A stretch of DNA of 64,000 nucleotides from Octopus vulgaris (lineage: Eukaryota), in NCBI GenBank assembly GCA_951406725.2, contig OX597838.1, forward strand, positions 10,974,001 to 11,038,000. The letters run 5' to 3'. Positions within the stretch are counted from its first letter, which is position 1. Every line of letters starts with the position of its first letter. Of the stretch, positions 24,601-37,545 are shown piece by piece. The notes beneath the pieces are model-generated. The model was not told where the DNA came from and did no database searches. It saw only the letters and a list, made by a program, of their open reading frames with translations. The position numbers and the translations under genes are program-made.

Positions 24601-25720
24601 TCCTAATGCCAACAACTCTACAGAGTGCACTGGGTGTCTTTTATGTGTCACCATCACAGGTGACACAGTCATTATACATGTCAAATACATTTTAGACTAT
24701 ATTATCCAAAATGTGGCATTATGGTCCTATCAAGTGCTTGCAGAAAAAAGGGTTCAGCTCTGAAGGACATTCATAAGTTTCAGATTTTCTTGGAAACATT
24801 GTGACCCTGAAAGTTTGCTCTTTCATAATCTATGTAGCACTGGCATAAATACTTTTTAAGTGACATTGGCACGGGACTCTTTGCAGGCCAATCCTCTTCA
24901 CCAGGAGGAGTGGCCTCAAAACTTTTGCTGGGAGGGGAAAAAAATGAATAACAAATTCAGTAATTTTCTTGGCGAATGTACCCATCTCTACACAACTGTA
25001 CCATTCTTGTATATTTTTAGTAACAACAGTATTTCAGGTTTGAAAAATTATTTTTTGTGCAAGAAAACTTAAGTCAGTTCAAAATGGCCAAAATTTCAAA
25101 TTCCTAACAGATGCATGCACACTGCAAATGGCAAGTTTTTTGCCCATTAAAGAAGTTGAACATTTTTACGTACTAACAGTTACATAATCTCTTATGTGAA
25201 TTATTTCAGAATAGTTTGGTGCAACCATGTGAATAATTCTGAAGAATTTTAACAGTAAGTTGGACAGAATGAGGCAAAATTCCAAATTTCTTCACTACAC
25301 CAGACGCCTACAAATTTGTAGTCTTGTGCAATGTGAGAAACTGAAGTGTGTGTGTGTGTGTGTGAAGGAAAGCCACAGAAAACAGATGAAATTTGGAATC
25401 GATATTATTGTTGGCCTTATATTACCAGTCTATGAACAAATACATCTGTCTTTCTGTGTGTGTGTGTATATATATATATACACAATACTGGATGAACCAG
25501 CAGACTGACATGAGGTACGGATGAAGGCAGCGGAATCAAACTCCCTTATACATTAAATGGGTCAACAGCTGGGACAAAGGCACATACAGGAGTGGTGATG
25601 TGAAACACCTCAGACTGAGGAAATCAAGAAGACCATGGTGGTGCCCCAGCATGACTGCAGTTGCATGGCAGTAACAAGTAAAAGGATAAAAGTGTGTGTG
25701 TGTGTATATATATATATATC

Positions 25721-26122
25721 CGTTTGTGGCCGTTGCCAGCCTCACCTGGCCCCCGTGCCGGTGGCACGTAAAAAGCACCATCCGTTCATGGCCATTGCCA
25801 GCCTCGCTTGGCCCCCGTGCCAGTGGCACGTAAAAAGCAGCATCCGTTCGTGGCCATTGCCAGCCTCGTCTGGCCCCCGTGCCGGTGGCACATAGAAAGC
25901 ACCATCCGATCATGGCCGTTTGCCAGACTCGTCTGGCACGTAAAAATCACCCACTACACTCATGGAGTGGTTGGCGTTAGGAAGGGCATCCAGCCGTAGA
26001 AACATTGCCAGATCAAACTGGGCCTGGTGCAGCCTCCATGGCTTCACAGACCCCAGTTGAACCGTCCAACCCATGCCAGCATGGAAAGCGGACGCTAAAC
26101 GATGACGATGATGATGATGATG
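25721..26122 (+). mobile_element. Family C retroelement, 4 internal units
   Basis: Units at ~25754, 25815, 25878, 25934; (GAT)n tail. Confidence 0.85.
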
Positions 26123-26372
26123 TATGTATATATATATATTTCTTTTGCTTGTTTCAGCCATTTAACTGTGGCCATGAGGGATTACAGCCTTGAAGGGTTT
26201 TGGTCAAACAAAAATCAACCACAAGACTTTTTTTTTCTTTTAAAACCTAATACTTATTCTATCAGTCTCTTATGCTGAATTGCTAAGTTAAAGGGACATC
26301 AACACACCAACACTGGTTGTTAAACAGTGATAGGGAGACAAAAACAGATACAAAGACACACATGCATATACA

Positions 26373-26418
<46 letters not shown>

Positions 26419-27147
26419 ACAGGCTTCTTTCAGTTTCTATCTCCCAAATCTATTATTGCCTGAGGCAATAGTGGTTTGGTCAGCCTGAGGCTATAGTAGA
26501 AGACACTTGCCCAAGGTGCTGTGCAATGGGAGAGAACCTGGAAACATGTGGTTCAACAACAAGCTTCTTACCACACAGCCACGCCCATCACCAATTAATG
26601 TCCATTTTCAATGCTGGCATAGGTTAGATAATTTGAATGGAACTGGTAAACCGGAGAGCTGCACCAGTCTCCAGTTATCTGTTTTGGATTGGTTTCTACA
26701 ATTGGATGTCTTTCTAAATGCCAACCACTCTATAGAGTGTACTGGGTGTCTTTTACATGTCACCATCATGGCTGCCCTTTGTGTGCCACTGGCACAGGTG
26801 CATTATATATGTGTGTGTGTGTGTGTGAATGAATAATCTATCTATCTATCTAAGCACCAACCGATTGTGGCCGTTTGCCAGCCTGCTCTGGCCTATGTGC
26901 CGGTGGCACATAAAAAACACCCACTACACCCATGGAGTGGTTGGCGTTAGGAAGGGCATCCAGCTGTAGAAACACTGCCAAATCAGACTGGAGCCTAGTG
27001 CAGCCTCCATGGCTTACCAGACCTCGGTCAAACCGTCCAACCCATGCTAGTATGGAAAACGGACGTTAAATGATGATGATATATATATATATATATATAT
27101 AATCCTTTGTCTCCCTGCCTGTCTGTTCCCAATGCATTCTCAAACAG

Positions 27148-27176
27148 CTCAACCAAATCAAATTAAATTTTACACA
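27148..27176 (+). CDS. Candidate 29-nt coding exon (xQPNQIKFYT) of an unidentified plus-strand gene
   Basis: Long pyrimidine tract ending caaacAG, GTGAGT donor; phase 1 to phase 0 joins 29064 in frame. No homology support. Confidence 0.4.
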
Positions 27177-28052
27177 GTGAGTGTCAACATAATTTTTTTA
27201 TCATTTGGAATAAACAATCCATCATTGGCACTGGTTCAGTATTACATGTCAAAAGTCAAGAATAAAAGTGAAAGAATAAGATCTATATTGTAAAGTGATA
27301 TATTGTTTCACTTTTATACATTTACTTTTAATTGTAACCATGACAACATCGTCACATTGTGTATCTGTCTTTCCGTATTAGGTACTTTATTATGTATGCT
27401 ACATGTATGTGAGGGCGGGATCAGTGTCAGTACAAAATTTTATTTTCATTTCAGTTAAAACAATTTAACATTTCATAGAGATAATCTTTCTGTTGTCAAC
27501 AGGACACTTTATACCACAACGACATCACATTTTGTATGTGACTGTCTATCTGTCTGTGTGTAAGTGGATGAGTGTATATATGCTTTATAGTGTGTTATGG
27601 TGGTGTGTGGTGTGGTGTGGTGGTATGTGGTGTGGTGGTGTGATGTGGAAGTGTGGTGGGGTGGTGTTGGGGTATGGGAGAGGCGAGAGTAGGAGAAGCA
27701 AGGGTGGGGGGTCTAAGGGATGGGGTGGGTTGGAATGTATAGGGATAGTGGGGTTGGAATGTGTAGGGGGTGGGGGTAACAAGGGAGGGGGTGACAATGA
27801 AGGGAGTAACTTCGAAGTTACTGTTAATGACTTGTAGATAAGTGGTATTTAGTAATGCAACCATAATATAATATAAATTATATTAAACGCTTTTATAAGC
27901 TTGATGTCCTGCATGTTTGATGTCTTGCAACAAACATCAGTGCTGGCCATAATTTCTATAGAATATCTGTAAAGATAACCTTAACTACATCACTGGCACC
28001 TGACAATTGGTGCACAGAGGCATAAACCAGTTATGAAGCAGTAACATGCATA

Positions 28053-28196
28053 TGTTTCTTTATTACCCACAAGGGGTTAAACACAGAGTGGACAAACAAG
28101 GACAGACAAACGAATTGTCGATTACATCGACCCCAGTGCGTAACTGGTACTTAATTTATCGACCCCGAAAGTATGAAAGGCAAAGTCGACCTCGGG
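28053..28196 (-). mobile_element. 5'-truncated SINE family B with 16-bp TSD
   Basis: agcagtaacatgcata at 28037-28052 and 28197-28212. Confidence 0.85.
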
Positions 28197-28312
28197 AGCA
28201 GTAACATGCATAGACAGCCAACATACAATGGGCTTCTGCACAGTTTCCACCAACCAAATTTACTCATAAGATATTGGTCAGCCGGGGGGCTGGAGAACAC
28301 ATTTGTCTAGGA

Positions 28313-28531
28313 CAGTGCTTTTCAACATTTTTGCTGGAGCGGAACCCCAAGGAAACATTCCACTGGCTCGAGGAACCCCTGTGCAATAATTTAATAGTCT
28401 TTTGCACACATATCTGCACAAGAGAATTAAAAATTACTGCCGATTTTAGCAGTTTTGTAACTTCTTGCGGAACCCCTGGACTGTACTGGCGGAACCCTAA
28501 GGTTACGCAGAACCCTGGTTGAAAACCACTG
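28313..28531 (+). mobile_element. hAT (Charlie/Buster-like) MITE with 8-bp TSD
   Basis: TIRs cagtgcttttcaac / gttgaaaaccactg; TSD gtctagga on both sides; nested in an old family A SINE. Confidence 0.9.
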
Positions 28532-28644
28532 GTCTAGGATACCACATAATAAGACTGAACCCCAGACTATTTGGTTTTGAAATGGACTTATTAACTAGAC
28601 GACCATACCTGTATTTGTTTGTATAAGGTTTTGGTTTTTTTTTA

Positions 28645-28680
<36 letters not shown>

Positions 28681-29063
28681 ACTATACTTTAGAATTTTTT
28701 GTCTACATTTCGTTCTTTCCAAACTAAACTTGTTCTAGTGAAGGGAATTAACATATTACCAATTTTGGAAATTACATAGTCAGCTTATCCAATGGAGCTT
28801 GAAAATGGAAAAATATAGTAAAAGTCACAAAAGTAGCACTCTAACTGAGAAAATAAAAATCCGACATAGTACAGAATAATCTGTTATCAGAGTAATCCGC
28901 CCAACACCATCACACACACACACACACACAAACAAGCACGTATGCACAGGTACACACACATACACCCACGCTTATTTGTTCACTCTCTTAGCACTTTTGC
29001 TCTCATGTTGGCTTACACACACACACACACACACAAACACATAATTTTTTTCCACTATTTCAG

Positions 29064-29117
29064 AAGGTTGAGAAGGACAAAGTTCTTAAAATTGCTATCT
29101 CTTCTGAACAACGATAA
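29064..29117 (+). CDS. Candidate terminal coding exon (KVEKDKVLKIAISSEQR*)
   Basis: ttttttttccactatttcAG acceptor, open phase-0 frame to TAA, unique UTR-like sequence with AATAAA downstream. Confidence 0.45.
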   Translation, partial: KVEKDKVLKIAISSEQR

Positions 29118-29754
29118 AAGAAAAAAAAAAAAGAAATAAATACAACGGGAAAAAAAATTATGAAGAAATAACACATACACACACCATGCAAAAAAAAAAA
29201 AAGAAATATAAAAAAACAAAAACAGAAAAAGAACGAAGAGGCTGCGTTAATATGTACTGGTGTGACAGAAATCAATATAAGAGCTAATGATTTTGAAGTA
29301 GAAAGAAGCAGAGATGGTAAAATAATATATAACATATAGTCATTATAACAGGATTGCTTGGATTTCACTGAAGAATTGTCTGTGATTGGTAAGGAATTAT
29401 AATATAAGATTGCAAACACTTAAGGTATAAACTTGTTAAGGCTGCCAGTCTTTTAATGTATGGTTCCACTACCTCCAGAGACATTTGAAAGAGTTGAGAT
29501 TCAGGCCCACATACATACAAAAAGAATAAAAGCTTAGACACTGAACAAGTCCAAAGTATCCCTCTGTCACCGTTTTCCCATAATCAACTGTCTTCTGTTA
29601 CTTTAAAGAAGAAACAGACACAGACTGACATTCTTGCTGATAAAGTGTACATCATATTTATAGGTCGTCACTGAAATTTTGAATGTATAGAAATTTGGAA
29701 GAGGTAGAATGGAAAACCTAGAATAAGAAACTACTGCATATGGATAAAAGAAAA

Positions 29755-30098
29755 TGCCGTAGTCAGTACCGCATTGACTGGCCTCCATGCTGGTGGCACG
29801 TAACAAACACCATCCGATCGTGGCCGTGCCAGCCTCGCCTGGCCTCCGTGCCGGTGGCACGTAAAAAGGCACCATCCGAGTGTGGCCGTTCGCCAGCGTC
29901 GTCTGGCACCTGTGTCGGTGGCACATAAAAAGCACCCACTACACTCACGGAGTGGTCGGCGTTAGGAAGGGCATCAAGCCGTAGAAACACTGCCAGATCT
30001 GACTGGCCTGGTGCAGCCTTCGGGCTTTCCAGACCCCAGTTGAACCGTCCAACCCATGCTAGCATGGAAAGCGGACGTTAAACGATGATGATGATGAT
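29755..30098 (+). mobile_element. Family C retroelement, 3 internal units
   Basis: Near-identical to 58165-58547. Confidence 0.85.
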
Positions 30099-30438
30099 AC
30101 AGAATGAAAAAAATCCACAATAAGTATTACATAGAGTTACAATTTGGAGCAGGTGCCTGGCTTAACCTACAGGTAACAATATTTTTCATGCTGGGGCAGC
30201 AGCTGTATGAAACTTTCACTGAACCTCTATTAAAAAGTTTCCTATACCTATGGCTACCAGGGAAATGCTTATATAGCAAGGCAAGGAATGTTCTACCTAT
30301 GTTACTCTTAACAGTTCAAAAGAAAGGTGGGGACCATATCATCTTTTAGATTTATTTTCAGGCTTCATACTTTTGTGATAAGAGTGTAAGGTATATTCCT
30401 GTTGAAGCCATTGTAAGTACCCTACTATTAGATATCCT

Positions 30439-30749
30439 TAGTGAAGGCACATGGCCTAGTGGTTAGAGCAGCAGACTTGTGGTCGAGGGATCACGGGTTC
30501 GAATCTCAGACTGGGCGATGTGTGTGTTTATGAGCGAAAACATCTAAGCTCCACGTGACTCCGGCAGAAGGTAATGGCGAACTTCTGCTCTTTTGCCACA
30601 ACTTTCTCTCACTCTTTCTTCCTGCATCTAGCAGCTCACCCGCGACGGACCGGCCTCCCGTCCAGGCAGGAACCTATACGCCAATGAAACCGGGAAACCG
30701 GCCCTTATGAGCCAAGCATGGCTCGAGAAGGAACAAACAAAAAAACAAA
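30439..30749 (+). mobile_element. tRNA-derived SINE, E-type head with a different (V-domain-like) body, 9-bp TSD
   Basis: tggcctagtggttagagc...ggttcgaatc head; cgcgacggaccggcctcccgtccagg body; TSD agatatcct at 30430 and 30750. Confidence 0.8.
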
Positions 30750-30978
30750 AGATATCCTATTGCTGATACTAAGATTTTTAAACACTATAGTGGAATGACA
30801 AGACTTATGTATTCATGTGAGCTTTTCATTAAGTTTATGGTAGGGCATAAAAGAGCACAGTGCTGGGATACATGTGTGTGTATGTCACTGTGTTTTTGCC
30901 TTGATATCATGTGATGGTTGTATCACCCACATGAAAGCAGTGTCCTCCATTTCCACATTTCCAAAAAAAAAATATGTA

Positions 30979-31391
30979 TGGCGCAGGAGTGGCTGTGTGG
31001 TAAGTAGCTTGCTAACCAGCCACATGGTTCCGGGTTCAGTCCCACTGCGTGGCTTCTTGGGCATGTGTCTTCTGCTATAGCCCCGGGCCGACCAATGCCT
31101 TGTGAGTGGATTTGGTGGACGGAAACTGAAAGAAGCCTGTCGTATATATGTATGTATATATATATATGTGTGCATTTGTGTGTCTGTGTTTGTCCCCCTA
31201 GCATTGCTTGACAACCGATGCTGGTGTGTTTACGTCCCCATCACTTAGCGGTTCGGCAAAAGAGACCGATAGAATAAGTACTGGGCTTACAAAGAATAAG
31301 TCCCGGGGTCGATTTGCTCGACTAAAGGCGGTGCTCCAGCATGGGCCGCAGTCAAATGACTGAAACAAGTAAAAGAGAGTAAAAGAGAGTA
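30979..31391 (+). mobile_element. SINE family A, full length, nested in an older SINE tail
   Basis: Matches the other family A copies. Confidence 0.9.
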
Positions 31392-31768
31392 TGGTTGTAG
31401 GGGGGAAATATTACCCTACTTGGAAACGAGTGAAAGATGGCAACAGGAAAGATATCTTACTGTAAAATATCTGCTCCAACAAAATAATATAGCATAGCAT
31501 GCATAGAGAGACAGATGGATAGATATATACATATATGATTAGCTGAAGTAAGTAATTTCGCTGTGCTCAGAACAATATGATACAGAGCAGCAAGCATTGG
31601 TGATATGGTAAATTGTATTCTTCTCATGTTTCAAATAAACATCTACAGTTTCAACAATAACAGAAAAACGATTCCTTCATTCTTGCCTATGAAGAAGACT
31701 TTCCAAGAAGTGTCTCAATGTCATGATGGAAATATGGAAATGATGAAAACGTAGAGTACTGCTTGTAA

Positions 31769-31797
31769 TTAAGAATCGGTTTTCTGTGACGGACAAG
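31769..31797 (-). CDS. Probable terminal coding exon ((A)CPSQKTDS*) of the minus-strand coiled-coil gene
   Basis: Minus strand tttttatatattttAG acceptor; phase 1 matches the donor at 33486; TAA at 31771-31769. Confidence 0.5.
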
Positions 31798-32290
31798 CTA
31801 AAATATATAAAAATTGCAGACACAGAACAGTTTGTCTGCTTCAATATGAGGTCAGCCATTGACTTAACTATTTGATGGCTGGGTTTTAAAAAAAAATTTT
31901 TTATTAACCCTTTATATGCTGCACAATATGGCAGTATTGCATAGCGACTGGTGAACTAATTAATTTTACTGCCATTGCACAGCATGTGGTCAAATACATT
32001 CAATCTGTGTGTGCATACCACGTAAAAAAAAACCCAAAAACATACTTTTTACACACATATACAATACCTGACATACATTCATATTACAAGTACAATATCT
32101 TGATAAATACCAGAATATTGAAACAAAACAAAATTGTGATTCTTTTTTAAAAATTTACTAAACTAAAGATATGTTATAAGTTTTATACAGCCATTAATTT
32201 TTTCTTTAATTATATTTTGTGCAAATAAGAATATAATTATAATGTTCAGGAAACTCTGTTCAGCCCCTTAGATAATTCCCAACACTATAC

Positions 32291-32491
32291 TGGCACCTGT
32301 GCAGGTGGCACGTAAAAAGCACCCACTACACGCTCGGAGTGGTTGGCGTTAGGAAGGGCATCCAGCTGTAGAAACTCTGCCAGATCAGACTGGAGCCTGG
32401 TGCAGCCTCCTGGCTTCCCAGACCCCGGTTGAACCGTCCAACCCGTGCTAGCGCGGAAAACGGATGTTAAACGATGATGATGATGATGATA
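32291..32491 (+). mobile_element. Family C retroelement, truncated
   Basis: One unit plus tail and (GAT)n. Confidence 0.85.
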
Positions 32492-33485
32492 CTACATAGT
32501 TATCAAGCTAACTAGAGGGTCTTTATGAAATTGTTAGATACTATATAAACGGCTGTTAAATCCCCTTAAATCATTCCTATTGCCTAAAAAAAAAAATATT
32601 GAGGGGTAAGATGTACTGAACAGTGTGATCCTAGATGTAAAAAAAATGCTGGGAAGGTTATGGATGGAGAGCCTTATTGATGGTTTGTTCAATCAGGACT
32701 GATCTAGAGCTAAACAACAACAATAAACTTTATCCATTTTGCAATTCTTTCCTGTGAGGTTCTAATTTCATGCCTTAAGTGCTGGAGCTGTGACCACTCA
32801 ATACAGAGAAGAAGTTATTTAGGGTCAACCAAACGAACCTCTAATTGATGAAATCAGTTATCATCGTTGTTTTTATGCCACTTTTTCCATACTACAACAG
32901 GCAGGACATAGCTGAGTGGAGGCTATCTACACTGGTGGCCCCAAAGGCTGTGAGTATAAATCTGTGGAAGGCATTTTGTCATATTTCTTAATAGGAGAGT
33001 TCATCCTTTTAATATTGGTTTCAAATTTTGGCACAAGGCCAGCAATTTGGGATAGGGGGTAAGTCAATTACATTGACTCCAGTACTCAACTGGTACTTAT
33101 TTTATCAACTCTGAAAGGACGAAAGGCAAAGTCAACCTTGGCAGAATTTGAACTCAGAACATAAAGATGAACGAAATGCTGCTAAACATTTCGCCTGGTG
33201 TGCTAACGATTCTGCCAACCCACCAGCTTTAATCCTTTTAATTTTAACCCATCTAGCATGCAGTTATGATCAGAGACAGTATTGAGTAACTTCATAGAAA
33301 AAGAGTAAAGGACTAAGATCTTTGGCAGTCAAAAGCCTCAGTTGTTCAAAACCCTCCTTCAGTTCTCTGCCAGTAAAATAGATTTTTACAACAGGCATCT
33401 ATTTAAAAAAGATGCTATCATTTACTTCATTTCGCCAGTCCTTGACATAATTGCACTCCTTCACAAATGAAAAATAAGGACTTAC

Positions 33486-33606
33486 CTGATTTGGGGGCAT
33501 TGATAGCTGCTTGCCTTTGATCTCGTAACATTGTCAACTCTATGTTCAATTCCTCTTGTTTCAGTTCTTGCATCCGGTATTTGTGCTCCAGTTGTCCTAG
33601 TTGTGA
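33486..33606 (-). CDS. 121-nt coding exon, coiled-coil protein (SQLGQLEHKYRMQELKQEELNIELTMLRDQRQAAINAPKS)
   Basis: Acceptor ttttctaatttcAG, donor CAG/GTAAGT, open phase-0 frame with heptad-like L/E/Q/K composition; gene not recognised. Confidence 0.75.
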
Positions 33607-34026
33607 CTGAAATTAGAAAACAGTAGGATATGTAAGAAATTGAGATGGCAAACGAATAAGGAATTATTTTATGAACTTCATCAGCTTACAGTTGTTCCTG
33701 CTATAAAATGCAATGCACTCCCAGATGAGTGGCTGAGAATCACCTTATGGTCTTATCAGAGTCTCAAACATGAAGTGCACTTCATATGTGTGTGTATGTT
33801 TGATACTGTTTATATATAAGTATTTGTAAATAAACAATATCAAACACATATACACAAGGTATGCATTTTGCTATTTTGTGGCTAGGCTGCACTTATAGGC
33901 ATAAGAGAATATATTCTCTTACACCTACTAGTAAAGCCTACCCATGGACTAACAAAACACATAACTTGTGTATGAGTGTTCGGTATTGTTTACTTCCCTA
34001 AACTGCTTTTAATTCATATAGATATA

Positions 34027-34338
34027 TATCACCGTGATCACCATGACCGACCAGGCTATCAGATGTTGCTACACATTACTGGTCACAATGCGCTTCACAT
34101 TGTTTTAGCCTTCAAATAACACCACCCTGCTGGCCAAGTGAGCAGGCTTACAGAAGAAAGAGTGAGAGGAAGTTGTGGTGAAAGAGTACAGCAGGGATCG
34201 CCACCACCCCCTGCCGGAGCCTCGTGGAATTTTAGGTGTTTTTGCTCAATAAACACTCACAACGTCCAGTCGGGGAATCAAAACCGCGATCCTACGACCG
34301 CGAGTCCACTGCCCTAACCACTGGGCCATTACGCCTCC

Positions 34339-34340
<2 letters not shown>
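34027..34340 (-). mobile_element. SINE with family E head and alternative tail
   Basis: Head as in 21904; tail region (plus-strand reading) ccaggctatcagatgttgctacac...; same element as 52157-52460. Confidence 0.85.
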
Positions 34341-34371
<31 letters not shown>

Positions 34372-34654
34372 GACACACACACACACACATGCATATGAAT
34401 GCAAGCACACACACACTGATATTCAAGTATATTATACAACTATTATACATCTCTGGGGAAAAGAAGAAATTTGAACATTTGAATTTTTGGTGACCTAACA
34501 ATGGTTAAAAAGAATAGCAGAGAATATTATTTCCTCCGTTATTAGGTCAAAAATTTCAGTCACTATCCAGTATTAAAGACAAACAGTTGATTTAAAAGAT
34601 GTAATTATAAAAAGAATGTTTTATAGTCATAAGTACGTTATACATGTGTGTGTG

Positions 34655-34695
34655 TCATGCTGATGACATCAACTGAGGCAGAAACATGTCCATGA
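34655..34695 (+). ncRNA. Minimal type-I hammerhead ribozyme candidate, damaged helix II
   Basis: UCAUG-CUGAUGA-caucaacugaggca-GAAA-CAUG-UC-CAUGA: 5-bp helix I, palindromic ACAUGU helix III, GUC triplet. Confidence 0.55.
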
Positions 34696-36930
34696 AATGT
34701 TTCATTATCTCTAGACAATAAACCCTTAACAGCATGTCAGTTTTGAAGAATTCTTAAATCTTGAGATTATATCTATCCCGTTCCCAAGTAGAGCAGGCTA
34801 TTATGGCTGTTTAGTAATTATGATACATCCTCTAGGGGTGAAGATAATTTCAATAATTCAAGAATTTATGTTGTATAGTATTTGATATGCTTATATTTGT
34901 CTGTGTGGTTCAAATACATGCCAATAGCCACTTTGACATACATCTCTTGGTTTGTTTTTGTTCAATAGGATAAAGTGGGACTGAAGATAACTAAGGATCA
35001 AGATATCTGGTGCCTTGCTGTACTCAGGAAGACTTGTCCACCACAGCAGAATTGACACCGGTGTTGGTGCTACATAAAAATAGCACCCAGTACTCTCTGT
35101 GGATTGGTTAGCATAAGGAGGCGCATCCAGCAGCTCTAGAAACCACGCCAGAATAGACAATGGAGCCTGGCATGACCCCTAGCTTTACCAGCACCAGCCA
35201 GACTGTCCAACTCATGCCAGCATGGAAAACAGGTGTTAATTAAAAAAAAAAAAAAAAATCTCAGTTCATCTCCAATATCTTTTAGTGAGTCAGTGAAATG
35301 CTTGAATGGTCACACACTGTTGCCCAAGTCCTTCTTCCTTCCTCTCCACATTCTCTGTCTGTCTGTCTGTCTCTGTCCTTGTCTCTCCCTCCATCTGTCT
35401 GTCTGTCTGTCTCTGTTCTTGTCTCTCCCTCCATCTCTCTGTCTCTCTTTCTAACAGTAAAGATGGTTCAACTTGATTTCTTCTTTATTTTTTATCAATT
35501 TTCTTTTTGTGTGAGCTTACTTACTTTCTCTCCCACTCCTCCCCACTTTGATGTTAAAAGGTGCAAAAAAAAAAAAAAAAAGGCCGACCCCCCGCTCCCA
35601 CTTCCCCAACTACCTCACCTGACATTCATTAGCATCTTCTGCCCCCACTTTTTTTCTCATTACAATATCTTCCACCTTCCTTCTCTTTCATAAGTTTCTT
35701 CATTCCAGTGTCTCACAGGTAGACATCACCCCCACCCACCACCCCACCACCACCACCACAATTCCATAATGATATTAAAAAATTGCTTTGATGAAGCTTT
35801 CTGTTCTTCTCTCTCTCTCTCTCTCCCTCCCTTCCAATCTCTTTTTCCTTCACTGTCAGGTTCTCTCTCTCTCTCCCTCCTTCCCTCCCTCTCCTGCCAC
35901 TATTCCTCACTTTGATGTCCACAAAATACATGCATTTTCATGTTTGCATTCACAAAGTTGTCATTAAGATAACAGCGGGAGGCGGCGGCGGAGGGCAAAA
36001 AAAAAAAAAAAAAAAAAAAGAACACCGACCGTCAATGTGCACAACTTTTATTTAACCAGAAACATTGATGGAGCAATGTTAAGAAAAACGAGACAGTAAA
36101 AAAAAAAGAGAAGAAAAAGAAAAAAAAAAGGAAAAAAAAAAACAAAAACAAATGAAAAAACAAACAAACAAACACACAGACAACAACAAAAGAAAAATGA
36201 AGTAATACTCAAAAAAAAAAAAATAAATAAACTACTTCTCTACATAACTTATAATTCTTGCAGTGAAAAGATGTCTTGGAGTAAAATAACTCTAGATCTT
36301 AACTCTAAAATAATTATTTCTTACATGAAAGCTGAAGATATTTCTTTCTCAGAAACAAATGGGAAGCAACAATATTCATACCTAGTTTTTTTTTTTTTTG
36401 TTTTATATTTGCTTGTTTCTGTTCTCCTTGTATTAATAACACCAATCAATCAACAGAGAAAAACCTATGGAAACCAGAGGTGCACAGCGAGAGATGTAAT
36501 GTCTCTCTCCCTCTCTTTAGATCTTCTCCAGTCGTCAGACAACTTCAAGAGTTTTTCCTCCCCTCTTCAATCCATCGCTCTGCTCAACCACCTTCCTTCA
36601 TAGTCTGCCGTTAACTCTTTCACCAAGATTTTTGACCAGGTATGATTATTTTTGCAAGATTAATGGTTATCTAAGTATGCGATGAATTTATAAAAAGACA
36701 GGTTTTGTATAATAGGTGCCTGCATGGCTCTGTGGTTAGGAAGATTGTTTCCTAACCACATGATTTCAAGTTCAGGCCCACTTTGGGGCACCTTGAGTAA
36801 ATGTCTCCTACTTTAGCTCCAGTCTGACCAAAACCCTAAGAGTGGATTTTGTAGACAGAAACTGAAAGAAGTCCACCAAATATGGGTGTGTATCTATCTG
36901 CAGCCAGATGTCACAACTATAACTGTTTAT

Positions 36931-37163
36931 CTATTTCTTTATTGCCCACAAGGGGTTAAACATAGAGGGGACAAACAAGGACAGACATAGGTATTAAGTC
37001 GATTACATCGACCCCAGTGCGTAACTGGTACTTAATTTATCGGCCCCGAAAGGATGAAAGGCAAAGTCGACCTCGGCGGAATTTGAACTCAGAATGTAGC
37101 GGCAGACGAAATACCGCTCAGCATTTCGTCTGGCGCGCTAACGTTTCTGCCAGCTCGCTGCCT
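36931..37163 (-). mobile_element. SINE family B monomer with ~17-bp TSD
   Basis: aactataactgtttatc at 36915 and 37171. Confidence 0.9.
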
Positions 37164-37239
37164 AAACTATAACTATAACTGTTTATCGCTTTGAGATGAC
37201 TTGAGAAGCTTTCTCCATACTGGTCGGGTTTTAGCTTGG

Positions 37240-37445
37240 GCTTGCTGGCAGAATCATTAGCATGCTGGGAAAAATGCTTAGCAATATTTACGTTCTGAGT
37301 TCAAATTCTGCCAAGGTCGACTTTGTCATACATCCTTTTAGGGTCAATAAAATAAGTACCAGTTATGTACTGGGATCAATGTAATCGACTATATCCCTTT
37401 TTTCTTTTTAAATTTCAGGCCTTGTGCCTATAGTAGAAAGAATTT
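37240..37445 (+). mobile_element. SINE family B, older copy, opposite orientation
   Basis: gctggcagaatcattagc...gagttcaaattctgcc...ggtcaataaaataagtaccag. Confidence 0.8.
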
Positions 37446-37454
37446 ATTACGATC

Positions 37455-37545
37455 AATTCTTTTCCGCTTCTTGTTACTGTTTGCAATATCTTTGAATCTT
37501 AGTCTAGGTCTTCCATGGGTTGCTTTTACCCCATTGAATAGTTAG
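37455..37545 (-). mobile_element. RTE-type LINE C-terminal relic
   Basis: Minus strand translates to LFNGVKATHGRPRLRFKDIANS, with the GRPxLRF/YKD motif typical of RTE ORF ends. Confidence 0.5.

Noticed and set aside
25210-25254. TACTAAC branch point, tttcAG acceptor and GTAAGT donor around 45 nt
   Set aside because: Stop codons in all three frames; cannot be supported as coding, though a non-coding exon is not excluded.
33675-33765. Possible decayed minus-strand hammerhead (CTGATAA...GAACAACTGTA)
   Set aside because: Both core halves are mutated and helix II is not identifiable.
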